Source: an uncultured Candidatus Saccharibacteria bacterium
GTDB taxonomy: Bacteria; Patescibacteriota; Saccharimonadia; Saccharimonadales; JAGQNJ01
Length of the DNA stretch: 64,000 nt
Reading direction: 5' to 3'
Assembly: GCA_964577565.1 (NCBI GenBank)
Contig: CAZNZL010000002.1
Location: forward strand, 88,650 to 152,649
The notes under the pieces were generated by a model, which was not told where the DNA came from, did not search any database, and saw nothing but the letters and a program-made list of their open reading frames with translations. Shown piece by piece: positions 37,801 to 46,525 of this stretch. Numbering within the stretch: position 1 is the stretch's first letter; each line of letters opens with the position of its first letter. Made by a program: the position numbers and the translations under genes.

Positions 37801-37860
37801 ACTTCCCTTACTACCGTGTACCACGAAAGGAGCCAAGTATTATCATGGCTTTCTCGTGGT
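37801..37860. repeat. GTGTACCA junction + hairpin module A, copy 2
   Basis: ACTTCCCTTACTACCGTGTACCACGAAAGGAGCCAAGtattatcATGGCTTTCTCGTGG. Direct repeat of 35691-35733, terminating the cassette array. Confidence 0.7.
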
Positions 37861-37888
37861 TTCTACAACCGGGTTTGTATCAGGATTG

Positions 37889-38560
37889 TTACAATGTCTC
37901 AACCAATTTAACTAACTTTCGGGTTCTTGCCAGGTTTCTAATTACAGTCCTTTTGTGGTTGAGCCGTTTATGCAGAATCACTTTGTGCTTTGGTCTGGCC
38001 TCAATTATTGCGTTGAATGTTCTTATTGCGCCGTCAAAAGGAACTATCTCATCGGAGTGACTAGATATCAACAGTACCCTCTTATTTTTATAGTTTGCAA
38101 GATCAGGATATTGAAGCCGTGACCATGCGCTTCTAAGCGTCTCTTCGTTATAGTTGGTTTTTTTGAAGTATTCGCGAATATGCGGCATGCGCCAAACAGC
38201 TTGGGCAACGTCACCCCCAGTATTCATTACACACCAATCAACTTCAGGTATTCTTGCCATACAGTTGTACCCAATAAATGCACCTAAACTACTGCCAAAA
38301 ATGCCTACAGTAGTGTTTGTGCTTAAACCGCTGATCTTGCTCTGCAACGAGCTACAGACTTGGTCAATAGCTGAAATTAATCCATTTGGGTCCCCAGCTG
38401 ACCAAATGCTTTCCTTGAACTCATAGGCTTCTACGGAGTAGCCCAGTCTCACCAATGATTGTATTGGTAGCCTACACCGAGAGATAGTTACGCCATACGG
38501 GCAAAGAAAGAAGATGAATTTATCTTTATTGTTGCCAAATGCTTTACTCTTGAATAACAC
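37889..38560 (-). CDS. Alpha/beta hydrolase fold esterase/lipase-like protein
   Basis: GxSxG nucleophile elbow GIFGSSLGAFIGYN, about 220 aa. Confidence 0.5.
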   Translation of the reverse strand: MLFKSKAFGNNKDKFIFFLCPYGVTISRCRLPIQSLVRLGYSVEAYEFKESIWSAGDPNGLISAIDQVCSSLQSKISGLSTNTTVGIFGSSLGAFIGYNCMARIPEVDWCVMNTGGDVAQAVWRMPHIREYFKKTNYNEETLRSAWSRLQYPDLANYKNKRVLLISSHSDEIVPFDGAIRTFNAIIEARPKHKVILHKRLNHKRTVIRNLARTRKLVKLVETL

Positions 38561-38927
38561 AGTTAGATTATACAGGGCGAGACTATGAAGCAGTATTAGT
38601 TATGCTAGTTCTTGCTTTGTTAAAAATACTGTACCGCGGGCAAGTCCAAGACACGCTGTCAAGGGTGCTACCGTTGATAATGTTTCTCGGGCGCTGTGTA
38701 AGTTTTCAAGTCACCCACAACCAGAAACATTAAGACTCAGACCACTGCTCGCTTCAGTTGAAGTACCGCCCATTAATGACGAAGCTCGTCAAATTCTACA
38801 GGAATTAGTTCTGAGATAATCCCTCATCTTGAAGATCAATTACGTGAGCAAGACAGAAGTCGCATAAAATAATAAGCTATATTTTGCTCATGCTTGCAAT
38901 TGATACGGATTATGCTAGGGTTTAAGT

Positions 38928-39503
38928 ATGAAACCGAATGCCTCAGAGTTTACAGGTATAACGCCTCTTTCAGAAGGCCATCCAAATATCGATGCCTCTC
39001 TTCAGGCGAGTAATGATTTGCTGGACCCAACACAAATGTTTGACTTAGGCAATATTTTACCGGAAGAAATGGTACATATTCATACTGCAGAAGGTAGCTT
39101 GACTTTACTTCATCCACCAGAGTCAACCTGGGGGGCCGGCAGTAGCTGCATCACACATGTAGTAGAGAGTACTATTAAAGGAATCAAAGCAGATGACGTC
39201 ATTCGTCTAGACGGCTGCTCGGCTGGCATAACTACCTATGCACAAACTGGGTTTATTGGTCAGTATGGCCGTTTAATGTACTCTAAATTTCCGAAGCGAC
39301 TACTGCCAGATGAAGACGTTGCATATTTGCAAGGTCTTGAGCCTGAAGAAAGGAAGAGGGCGCTAGATACCTTAGGGTTTATTTCTATTGAAGACGGCAC
39401 GTACTATACAGAAAGATGGGACGGTACGTATCATTTTACGGCTGAAATTCTTAGAGCTGAGCGAGAAAAACCTGGTGAAGACCCAGAGCCAATTTTCGAA
39501 TGA
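38928..39503 (+). CDS. Hypothetical protein (191 aa)
   Basis: ORF with the promoter-like motif TTGCTCATGCTTGCAA upstream. No recognizable domain. Confidence 0.4.
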   Translation: MKPNASEFTGITPLSEGHPNIDASLQASNDLLDPTQMFDLGNILPEEMVHIHTAEGSLTLLHPPESTWGAGSSCITHVVESTIKGIKADDVIRLDGCSAGITTYAQTGFIGQYGRLMYSKFPKRLLPDEDVAYLQGLEPEERKRALDTLGFISIEDGTYYTERWDGTYHFTAEILRAEREKPGEDPEPIFE

Positions 39504-39680
39504 GAACACCTTCAATCGTTACCAGCAACTTAGGTAAGCTTAGAGAGTATGTAGCGCTTTTACTAAAAGATAGTGAAAAAGCTTTACGATTTTTTGGCTC
39601 AACCCTCCTTGCCCCTTCGTAAAAGCGTAGGTTAAATCGCCTATGCTTGCAAAATATGAGGTGAGTAGTAGAATTGTCGT

Positions 39681-40238
39681 ATGTCGGGAACTCTCACAAC
39701 TTCTTATCAAGCAACCTCTGAGAAGCTCCCACTACTGGGCGAAGAAGCTATCCTGGAAACGTTATATGAAGTTGGTCTTCCAGAAGAATTGTATATTGTT
39801 CTTGGTGGTGCCAACATGGTTTTAAGGGGTATCAAGCCAACCACGCAAGATGTGGATTTACTTGTGTCTGAAGAGGGCTTTGCTCTACTAAGAGAGCGAC
39901 CTGCATCCACATTAAAGCGCCCGCCCGCTCGAGCAGTGGCGTTAGGTGCGGCAAACCCTACGGTATGGGTACACGATAACGAAACGCCGATGCCAATTAG
40001 TGCTACCGAATCACTTGGTGATGGATTTTATCCGATGACATTTTGGGAATTCAAAGGCCAGTCTGAAGCGGTTCGAGGTATTCCATGTCTAAATCTTGAC
40101 AATGTTATCGAGTCAAAAAAGGCACTCCAGCGGCCTAAAGATAAAGAAGATCTTATGCGCATCGGTACTTTTTTGGGTGTAGAAATTCAACTCCCGATTC
40201 CGACTGTTGCGTTGCCACATATTGAGTCCACTTTTTAG
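39681..40238 (+). CDS. Minimal nucleotidyltransferase-fold protein (Pol-beta-like NTase superfamily)
   Basis: LGGANMVLRGIKPTTQDVDLLVS matches the hG[GS]-x9-13-DhD signature of the NTase fold. Confidence 0.45.
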   Translation: MSGTLTTSYQATSEKLPLLGEEAILETLYEVGLPEELYIVLGGANMVLRGIKPTTQDVDLLVSEEGFALLRERPASTLKRPPARAVALGAANPTVWVHDNETPMPISATESLGDGFYPMTFWEFKGQSEAVRGIPCLNLDNVIESKKALQRPKDKEDLMRIGTFLGVEIQLPIPTVALPHIESTF

Positions 40239-40302
40239 TCTACGTGGTTTTACACAATTGCCTTTGCTTGAATAAAGGCTGCAAGCGTAGATAATATAAT
40301 CT

Positions 40303-40590
40303 GTGGCTGGAGAAGTATTACTGAGTTATAACGATTTAACGACCTTACGTATAGAGTCTCGCGAGGCGCTAGCTAGGTTAGGCATTAGTTCTAACCCTGG
40401 CTTTACAAATCGGAATATTATTGATGGTTTAAGTCGTGCTATAGGGGTAGGTTCGGAGTTTCCTGAAAACATGGAGTGGTCTGAATATTCAGGTGAAATT
40501 TTTAGAGATTGTTTGGGAGAAATCCTAGGTTTAGAATTACCACCAAGTGCTTCAGAAGTAGTTGATGGGCTTCGGAGGGTGACACGTTAA
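40303..40590 (+). CDS. Hypothetical small protein (95 aa)
   Basis: ORF only. Confidence 0.3.
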   Translation: MAGEVLLSYNDLTTLRIESREALARLGISSNPGFTNRNIIDGLSRAIGVGSEFPENMEWSEYSGEIFRDCLGEILGLELPPSASEVVDGLRRVTR

Positions 40591-40638
40591 GATCTTTTGC
40601 TGATATCTCAGCAACTCCGCTTATGCTATTCTTAAAAC

Positions 40639-41235
40639 ATGAAACATAATCAAAAAGGCTTCGGCGCGGTAGAAGTAATAATTGTAATTATAATTCTTGG
40701 GTTGGTTGGCGGTGTGGGCTGGTATGTCTTCTCAAAAAATAAAGACTCGTCCGAACCATCATCCAGCACTCAAGTAGAAGAACAATCTGAAGAAGCCGAG
40801 CAAAACGCTGAACCAGAAGCGAAGGTCATCGATAACGAACGCTTTACCCTAACCTTGCCAAATGGCTTTGAAGAATCAGCAGAGAGAATATTTACCTACA
40901 CCGCTAAGCCCGGAAAAACCTATTCATATGCAAATGCCACAACCGGCGATTATTTTGAACTTAACTTCGAGATTGCAGCCAGCGGCATCAGCTCCGACTA
41001 TACGTGGTTTTTTACCGAGCAAAACAATAAGATTACGCTTGAAAAAGCCTCAACCACTGTATGTTCGAGTGCGAATGACGAGATGTGTACATCCGCTGGC
41101 AATAACCGGCTCGATAGTTACATTGGCAGTAAAACGCAAGAAGATTACTACTTTACGTTTGGCAATACAAAAACCGAATCCCCTGCCGATGTAACGTTTG
41201 TAGATGAATTTATAGAAAACCTAACAATCAAATAA
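40639..41235 (+). CDS. Type IV pilin-like protein (class III signal peptide)
   Basis: MKHNQKG|FGAVEVIIVIIILGLVGGVGWYVF has a basic leader ending in Gly, Glu at +5, and a hydrophobic helix. This is a prepilin-type N-terminus. Confidence 0.5.
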   Translation: MKHNQKGFGAVEVIIVIIILGLVGGVGWYVFSKNKDSSEPSSSTQVEEQSEEAEQNAEPEAKVIDNERFTLTLPNGFEESAERIFTYTAKPGKTYSYANATTGDYFELNFEIAASGISSDYTWFFTEQNNKITLEKASTTVCSSANDEMCTSAGNNRLDSYIGSKTQEDYYFTFGNTKTESPADVTFVDEFIENLTIK

Positions 41236-41401
41236 AAAGTCGCTTTGGTAACACCGAAGAATCACTAAAGCCGTGGTGAGGTGTTTACGGTTTAACTTGT
41301 ACGCAAGGCACCTGGTAGAGCGTTTGGTAGATCTCACAGAACCGCGAACTAAGTGATCAATTAACGTGCTGTCTTAAGCCAGGCTGGTATATAATTTTAT
41401 T

Positions 41402-41695
41402 ATGGAAGACGGGCCAGAAGTACTACCACAAGAAACAGAAGAACGACCTCTCATGTCCGAGGAGCAGCTCAGAGAAGCAGTAGAGCATTTAGCTAGGGCA
41501 CCACGGCGCACTCCAGACGGCATGAGTGAGATTGTACTAAGATCCTGGAAATTGCCCGACCCAATGCTTAGTCCAGAAGATCAAAGACTGGAAAAAAGAG
41601 TAAAAGCAGAAGTGTTTAGAAAATTTGGTTGGGACAAGCGTCGTTCGGAGCGGCGCACGACTGAACAATCTATTCCCAACCCGGAAGATCTTTAG
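41402..41695 (+). CDS. Hypothetical small charged protein (97 aa)
   Basis: ORF only. Confidence 0.3.
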   Translation: MEDGPEVLPQETEERPLMSEEQLREAVEHLARAPRRTPDGMSEIVLRSWKLPDPMLSPEDQRLEKRVKAEVFRKFGWDKRRSERRTTEQSIPNPEDL

Positions 41696-41709
41696 AACTA
41701 TTTTTTGCA

Positions 41710-42330
41710 TTGGAAACATTTTGGGTGTATAAAAAAGCCATGGCAAATGGTGAGCAGCATGTAGCAGAATTTAGAGACGTTGTTGAAACTGTACTTGAAA
41801 AACACAGAAGACTACAAGCAGCGGCAGATGCCCAGTCGTCGCTTCGTCGGATACGTCCAAATAATACGGGTTTACGTGCGGCTGGGTTGGTGTTTGCGCA
41901 CATCTTGCCCAGACAAGGGCGAAGCTCGGTTTTTGGATTACGACCCAAAGAGCTGTGGGGTGTTGCTGACCAATACGAGTATAAATTCAAAAACCATTCC
42001 GGAAGAATGGCGCTTCTATCATCAATCGAACTGCCCGGCACACTGGTTAGGCGTGTTGAATTTTCAGGATCAGCTCCGCTCCTTGGCATTAGCACGGAAA
42101 GAGAATTAGACAAAGAAGAAGCTGCACTGGCAGTAACTTGGATTAAGTCACCTCATTTGTATCCAGAAATTCATAACCAGCTGGCTTCACTCTTACCCAC
42201 AGAAGTTGAAGCTACGGGGGCAGAATTTGCTAAACAGAACGAAGCTAGAGATCAGTATCAAAGAGATATGGAAGCAGTACGACGAGCATCGATACCAGGG
42301 CCTGATTTTTACAATCGTACTATCGGCTAG
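41710..42330 (+). CDS. Hypothetical protein (206 aa)
   Basis: ORF only. Confidence 0.35.
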   Translation: METFWVYKKAMANGEQHVAEFRDVVETVLEKHRRLQAAADAQSSLRRIRPNNTGLRAAGLVFAHILPRQGRSSVFGLRPKELWGVADQYEYKFKNHSGRMALLSSIELPGTLVRRVEFSGSAPLLGISTERELDKEEAALAVTWIKSPHLYPEIHNQLASLLPTEVEATGAEFAKQNEARDQYQRDMEAVRRASIPGPDFYNRTIG

Positions 42331-42336
42331 TCTAAA

Positions 42337-43173
42337 CTATTGATCTGAAAGTACGTGGTGAATCTGATCAACCACGGGGCCGAGCTCTTCGCGCTTTACG
42401 CCCGCAAACGGAAACGCCGCACCGTGCTCACCAATGTAATCAAGATGTACATGTGCTACCTTAAGCGCAAGTTTGCGTAACTGACTATAGCGGTCTTCGT
42501 GGGTTTCGTCACCTGCCTCAAGAATTTTGAGCGCTACCCTGCCCGCCTGAACACTAGTCATGAGATAACCGATACGCTCAGACAAATTAAATCCTTGCCT
42601 TAGCAGGGTGCCTTCTTTATTGGCGATAGTATCCTCGGCCAGTTCTATTATTTCTTCGGGTACGTCATCGTACAACATCCCAAACAGATATTCTCTTATA
42701 ATAGCTTCACTAACTTCATGATCATCAGTTTTGTCATGAAAGGAAACATCACCGACGGGAGTGATGCCACAAGCTTCCGCTAGCTCCGGTAGTTCACATT
42801 CGCCCGTATCATGAAGAAGTGCCCCCAGCCTACCTCCAACTACTTCTAAATTGGTAAATGGTTCTGCGCCTGGTGTTGTTTGCTGGTGTAGAGCTAACAA
42901 GCGAAAAATATTTTCTTCAGTATGCGTCATGTGCCGCAGCGGGTGAATATCGTCGCCCAAGTCTGCCAACATCTGGGTACGATCGTAACCATATTTTTGG
43001 GCGTATCTAACGGGTTGCGTTGCATGATGAACGCCAAAGTCGCTCGTGGCATAACGGCCAAAAAGCTCGTCGTAAGTTAGGTGGGTTGCCCCTGGGTGTA
43101 ATAAATTTGGCGATGTTATTGCCACCAAGTCTGCTGTTTCCCCACCCCGTAATGCTTCGACGCTCGTGCTCAT
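42337..43173 (-). CDS. HD-domain metal-dependent phosphohydrolase-like protein
   Basis: H...HD arrangement: IHPLRHMTHTEEN followed by LGALLHDTGE. Confidence 0.45.
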   Translation of the reverse strand: MSTSVEALRGGETADLVAITSPNLLHPGATHLTYDELFGRYATSDFGVHHATQPVRYAQKYGYDRTQMLADLGDDIHPLRHMTHTEENIFRLLALHQQTTPGAEPFTNLEVVGGRLGALLHDTGECELPELAEACGITPVGDVSFHDKTDDHEVSEAIIREYLFGMLYDDVPEEIIELAEDTIANKEGTLLRQGFNLSERIGYLMTSVQAGRVALKILEAGDETHEDRYSQLRKLALKVAHVHLDYIGEHGAAFPFAGVKREELGPVVDQIHHVLSDQ

Positions 43174-43217
43174 AGTTACCCTCTCTTTTATTTGAGCCTT
43201 ATTGTAACAAAGGTTAC

Positions 43218-43778
43218 TTGGTATTATATAGAATTATGTCGTTGAGTTTAATTATAGGCCCAATGAAAAGTGGCAAGTCGCTTGAACTTGTGGCACGTGT
43301 AGCGCCCTATGAATTTGCAAAAAAGAAAGTGTTGTATATCCAGCCCGTGCATAATGTACGCGATGAGGGGATTAATTCTCGCCTTGGTCTAAATACCAAA
43401 GCAAAAAAAGTTAAAACTCTAAAAGAAGTAGTAGACGATTTTGATGTTATTGGCATTGATGAAGTACATATGTTTGATGCTTCTGATGTAGAACAAATTA
43501 AAAAATGGCTTCAAAACGGAAAAATCATTGCTATTAGTGGTCTTGATATTGACTATAAGGGCCAGATGATGGCGATTATCAAGAAGCTGCTTGAGCTGAA
43601 GCCTGACTATCTCATTTCAAAAACATCCGTATGTGAAGTCTGTCATGAATATGCTGCTGTCTATACCCAGGTGCTTCATGGCGGCATAGAAGTCACTAGT
43701 GGCGTACCACCGGTAGTACCTGACGATGGAACGTATACATATGAACCACGGTGCCGCAACTGCTTCATCGCCCGGTAA
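43218..43778 (+). CDS. tdk: Thymidine kinase
   Basis: P-loop IGPMKSGKSLEL, IGIDEVHMFD, and a C-terminal zinc ribbon (CEVCH...CRNCF). Confidence 0.85.
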   Translation: MVLYRIMSLSLIIGPMKSGKSLELVARVAPYEFAKKKVLYIQPVHNVRDEGINSRLGLNTKAKKVKTLKEVVDDFDVIGIDEVHMFDASDVEQIKKWLQNGKIIAISGLDIDYKGQMMAIIKKLLELKPDYLISKTSVCEVCHEYAAVYTQVLHGGIEVTSGVPPVVPDDGTYTYEPRCRNCFIAR

Positions 43779-43862
43779 TCTTTAATATCAAATTACATAG
43801 AACATGTTTTGCTTGTGCTTGCAAGGTTTTTTGAAATGCTATATATTCTCTAGTGCTTACTA

Positions 43863-44192
43863 ATGGAGCTTTATTATATGGAGAGTGTGAAAAAAACATC
43901 CGACAGAAACACCGAAGCAAGTACAGAAGATAGCGATATAAAAACCGCACAGAAAGCAGACTTATCTGATACTGATGCTTTGCTTGAAGAAATTGACGAA
44001 CTACTTGCAGATGAAGTAGCTGCAAGTGAGGCTGCTGAACGTGAAGCTTATAAAGAAAAGTTGCGGTCAATTAACTTTATAGGCAAGAGGGCTACTGATC
44101 CTTGTGCTGATGTAATAAGGGTGCCTGAATTTATGGCTGAACCTTTACTGCGAACAGGGATGTTTAAGGAATCAAATTGCGAAGGCTGCTAA
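43863..44192 (+). CDS. Small acidic protein with a Pup-like helix motif
   Basis: TDALLEEIDELLADE resembles the Pup Mpa-binding helix TDDLLDEIDDVLEE. It lacks a C-terminal GGQ/GGE. A more likely start is MESVKK at 43878. Confidence 0.35.
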   Translation: MELYYMESVKKTSDRNTEASTEDSDIKTAQKADLSDTDALLEEIDELLADEVAASEAAEREAYKEKLRSINFIGKRATDPCADVIRVPEFMAEPLLRTGMFKESNCEGC

Positions 44193-44309
44193 AAAAGTAC
44201 AAGTTTAATATTAGCCGCGTATTGCCCAAAACCGAAATGATCGGAAGATTATAAATATATAATCGATAAGTTCGACTCCCGGCATACTTATGATACCTGG
44301 ACACCTAGT

Positions 44310-45158
44310 TTAAACATTGTAGCTGCTTAAGTCTTGTGCAACCGTTATTTTGCCCTTAAAGCCCGAGCGTCGCGCATCGTTAATGATTTCTGCTACAGAG
44401 TTATTGCCGGTATAGTGTGTGAACACAAGTTTTGCACTGTTTGCACGTTGAGCGAGTACGGCTGCTTCGTACGGATTAAGGTGGCCTTGATCTAGTGGCT
44501 TGCCAATATCAATCGCAGCTTCGCATAAAAATAGGTCTGCATTGTTGGCAGCTAATTGTAGTCCGGGTGACAACGTTGAATCGCCGGAATAGGCGATGAT
44601 TGCACTGGGAGTTTCAATGCGGTATGAGTATGCCTCTAGTTGATAATGTTTCGTTTTGTAAGCAGCTATTGATAACTGACTATTAATATTTACACGATAC
44701 TTGTTGACTAAAGGGGTGAACTTTAAATTTACTCGCTTTAGCAAATCTTTATTGTACGACCATCCTTTTGTCATGTATTCAGTGCGCACCTCTTCTTCAA
44801 TGTCAGACGGTCCAATAATATGAAGCGATTCTTTTTGGCTCCTCTTCATGGCGTATAAATAAAAAGCTTGTAAAATTGGCTCAAGCACAAAATGATCTGC
44901 ATGATAATGACTGATACACACAACATCAATGTCGGTTAGTTTGATTCCTAGCTTGTCTATTTGCGGTAAAACACCTATTCCTGCATCGAGTAATATTTTG
45001 TAATCGCCAACCTCTAGTAGGTGTGATGACGGGTATCGAAACTTACCTTCGCCTTGTGTAATAGATATGCCCGACCCAAGAACGGTTAATTTTACCGGAA
45101 TTGTTCGTTGCGCTTTTTTGTTTGCCATTTTTTTATGGCGCATGATTTTTCGAAGCAT
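44310..45158 (-). CDS. Metallo-beta-lactamase fold hydrolase (possibly class II phosphodiesterase/RNase Z-like)
   Basis: HxHxDH motif ISHYHADHF, with additional His and Asp residues downstream. Confidence 0.7.
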   Translation of the reverse strand: MLRKIMRHKKMANKKAQRTIPVKLTVLGSGISITQGEGKFRYPSSHLLEVGDYKILLDAGIGVLPQIDKLGIKLTDIDVVCISHYHADHFVLEPILQAFYLYAMKRSQKESLHIIGPSDIEEEVRTEYMTKGWSYNKDLLKRVNLKFTPLVNKYRVNINSQLSIAAYKTKHYQLEAYSYRIETPSAIIAYSGDSTLSPGLQLAANNADLFLCEAAIDIGKPLDQGHLNPYEAAVLAQRANSAKLVFTHYTGNNSVAEIINDARRSGFKGKITVAQDLSSYNV

Positions 45159-45168
45159 GTCTCTATGC

Positions 45169-45813
45169 CTACACCATTACTTCCATTTGACAAGCATATT
45201 GTTCTTCAGGCAGATACACACTGTACTTTATGGTCCCAACGTCATCGTACTTTTCTTTGCCAGTGTAATGTTTGAGTTCATTTGTTATGGTAATATCTTT
45301 CTGAAAGGGTTCAGTAAGCATAATATAGTTATCTTGCGGAACCGAATTTTTTAATAATCTATGAGCAGCTATTACATCTACACCAGACAACTCCTCGTAC
45401 TGAGCAATTTTATGCAATAGGGCCTTTCCCTGGTGCACAATAATTTTTAGACCCAGTTTTTCTATGCCCCGACATGAGTTACCGTAGCATAGTTTAGAGC
45501 CACTTAGGTTAACAAGTTCGCACGCAAAGGTTTCAAAAAATAAGGGTAGTTTACGAGCTATTAGTTGTCTGGTATTACGCCACTTGGCTCTGTTTTTGTC
45601 TCTTACTGCATAGACAAAAACAGCATCGCCCTCAAGTTTAGAGACTTTTAAGGGGATTTTAATTTGTTCGATCAGCGCCGCAATCAGTTCACCAATAACG
45701 ACCTCACTATGAACCTCGTGGCTGCGGTGATTTGCAATCATAAACTTTGTATAACCGCTAATATCTAAGAGAATGAGAATGGCATCTCTACGCTTAACGC
45801 GATTAAAAAACAT
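45169..45813 (-). CDS. Stand-alone class III nucleotidyl cyclase (CHD) domain protein
   Basis: ILLDISGYTKF (metal-binding Asp, FxDIxGFT-like), KLEGDAVFVYAV (second Asp), and GVDVIAAHRLLKNSVP (G..VN.AARL-like). Confidence 0.6.
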   Translation of the reverse strand: MFFNRVKRRDAILILLDISGYTKFMIANHRSHEVHSEVVIGELIAALIEQIKIPLKVSKLEGDAVFVYAVRDKNRAKWRNTRQLIARKLPLFFETFACELVNLSGSKLCYGNSCRGIEKLGLKIIVHQGKALLHKIAQYEELSGVDVIAAHRLLKNSVPQDNYIMLTEPFQKDITITNELKHYTGKEKYDDVGTIKYSVYLPEEQYACQMEVMV

Positions 45814-45965
45814 AAGCTTATTTTAGCACGGCGTGCCAAGCCAAGATTTTGGCGGCTATTCAAATCTTTCGCACCGATCGAAGCATACGCCCAGAAAAGA
45901 AACGGACTCGTTTGTCGTAATGTTCATTTTGACTTATACTAAGCTTATAAACATAAGCAGCTAAG

Positions 45966-46520
45966 GTGAACTACATGCCAAAGCAGTCTATCTCAATCGT
46001 GAACGAAAAAAGTTTTTTTGTGTTGGCATTAGCCAGAATTGCGCTTGGACTGACGTTTTTATGGGCCTTTTTAGACAAACTGATGGGGTTGGGTTTTGCG
46101 ACCTGTCGCGATGCTAAAACCGATGCCGTAACTATGTTTTGCGAGAAAGCATGGGTTAATGGCGGCTCACCAACGTCCGGCTTTTTACAATTTGGCACTA
46201 AGGGCCCCCTGGCGGGCTTTTATCAGAGCCTGGCTGGTAATGCTGTTATAGATTTTCTCTTTATGGCTGGCCTGTTGCTTATAGGGGTTGCCCTAATTGC
46301 AGGTATAGCCATGAGGTTGGCAACTATATCGGGTACACTGCTACTGTTAATGATGTGGTCTTCGATGTTGTTACCCGAAAATAATCCGATTATTGACGAG
46401 CATATTATTTATTCGCTTGTATTGTTGAGCCTTCTGGCCTCAAATAGCCAGCAAAGGTTAGGTTTACGCAGTTGGTGGGTTAGGCTTCCTGTTGTCAAGA
46501 GATTTCCGGTTATGGAGTAG
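45966..46520 (+). CDS. DoxX-family membrane protein
   Basis: Four TM helices with the DoxX-like start FFVLALARIALGLTFLWAFLDKL. Confidence 0.55.
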   Translation: MNYMPKQSISIVNEKSFFVLALARIALGLTFLWAFLDKLMGLGFATCRDAKTDAVTMFCEKAWVNGGSPTSGFLQFGTKGPLAGFYQSLAGNAVIDFLFMAGLLLIGVALIAGIAMRLATISGTLLLLMMWSSMLLPENNPIIDEHIIYSLVLLSLLASNSQQRLGLRSWWVRLPVVKRFPVME

Positions 46521-46525
46521 GCAAT

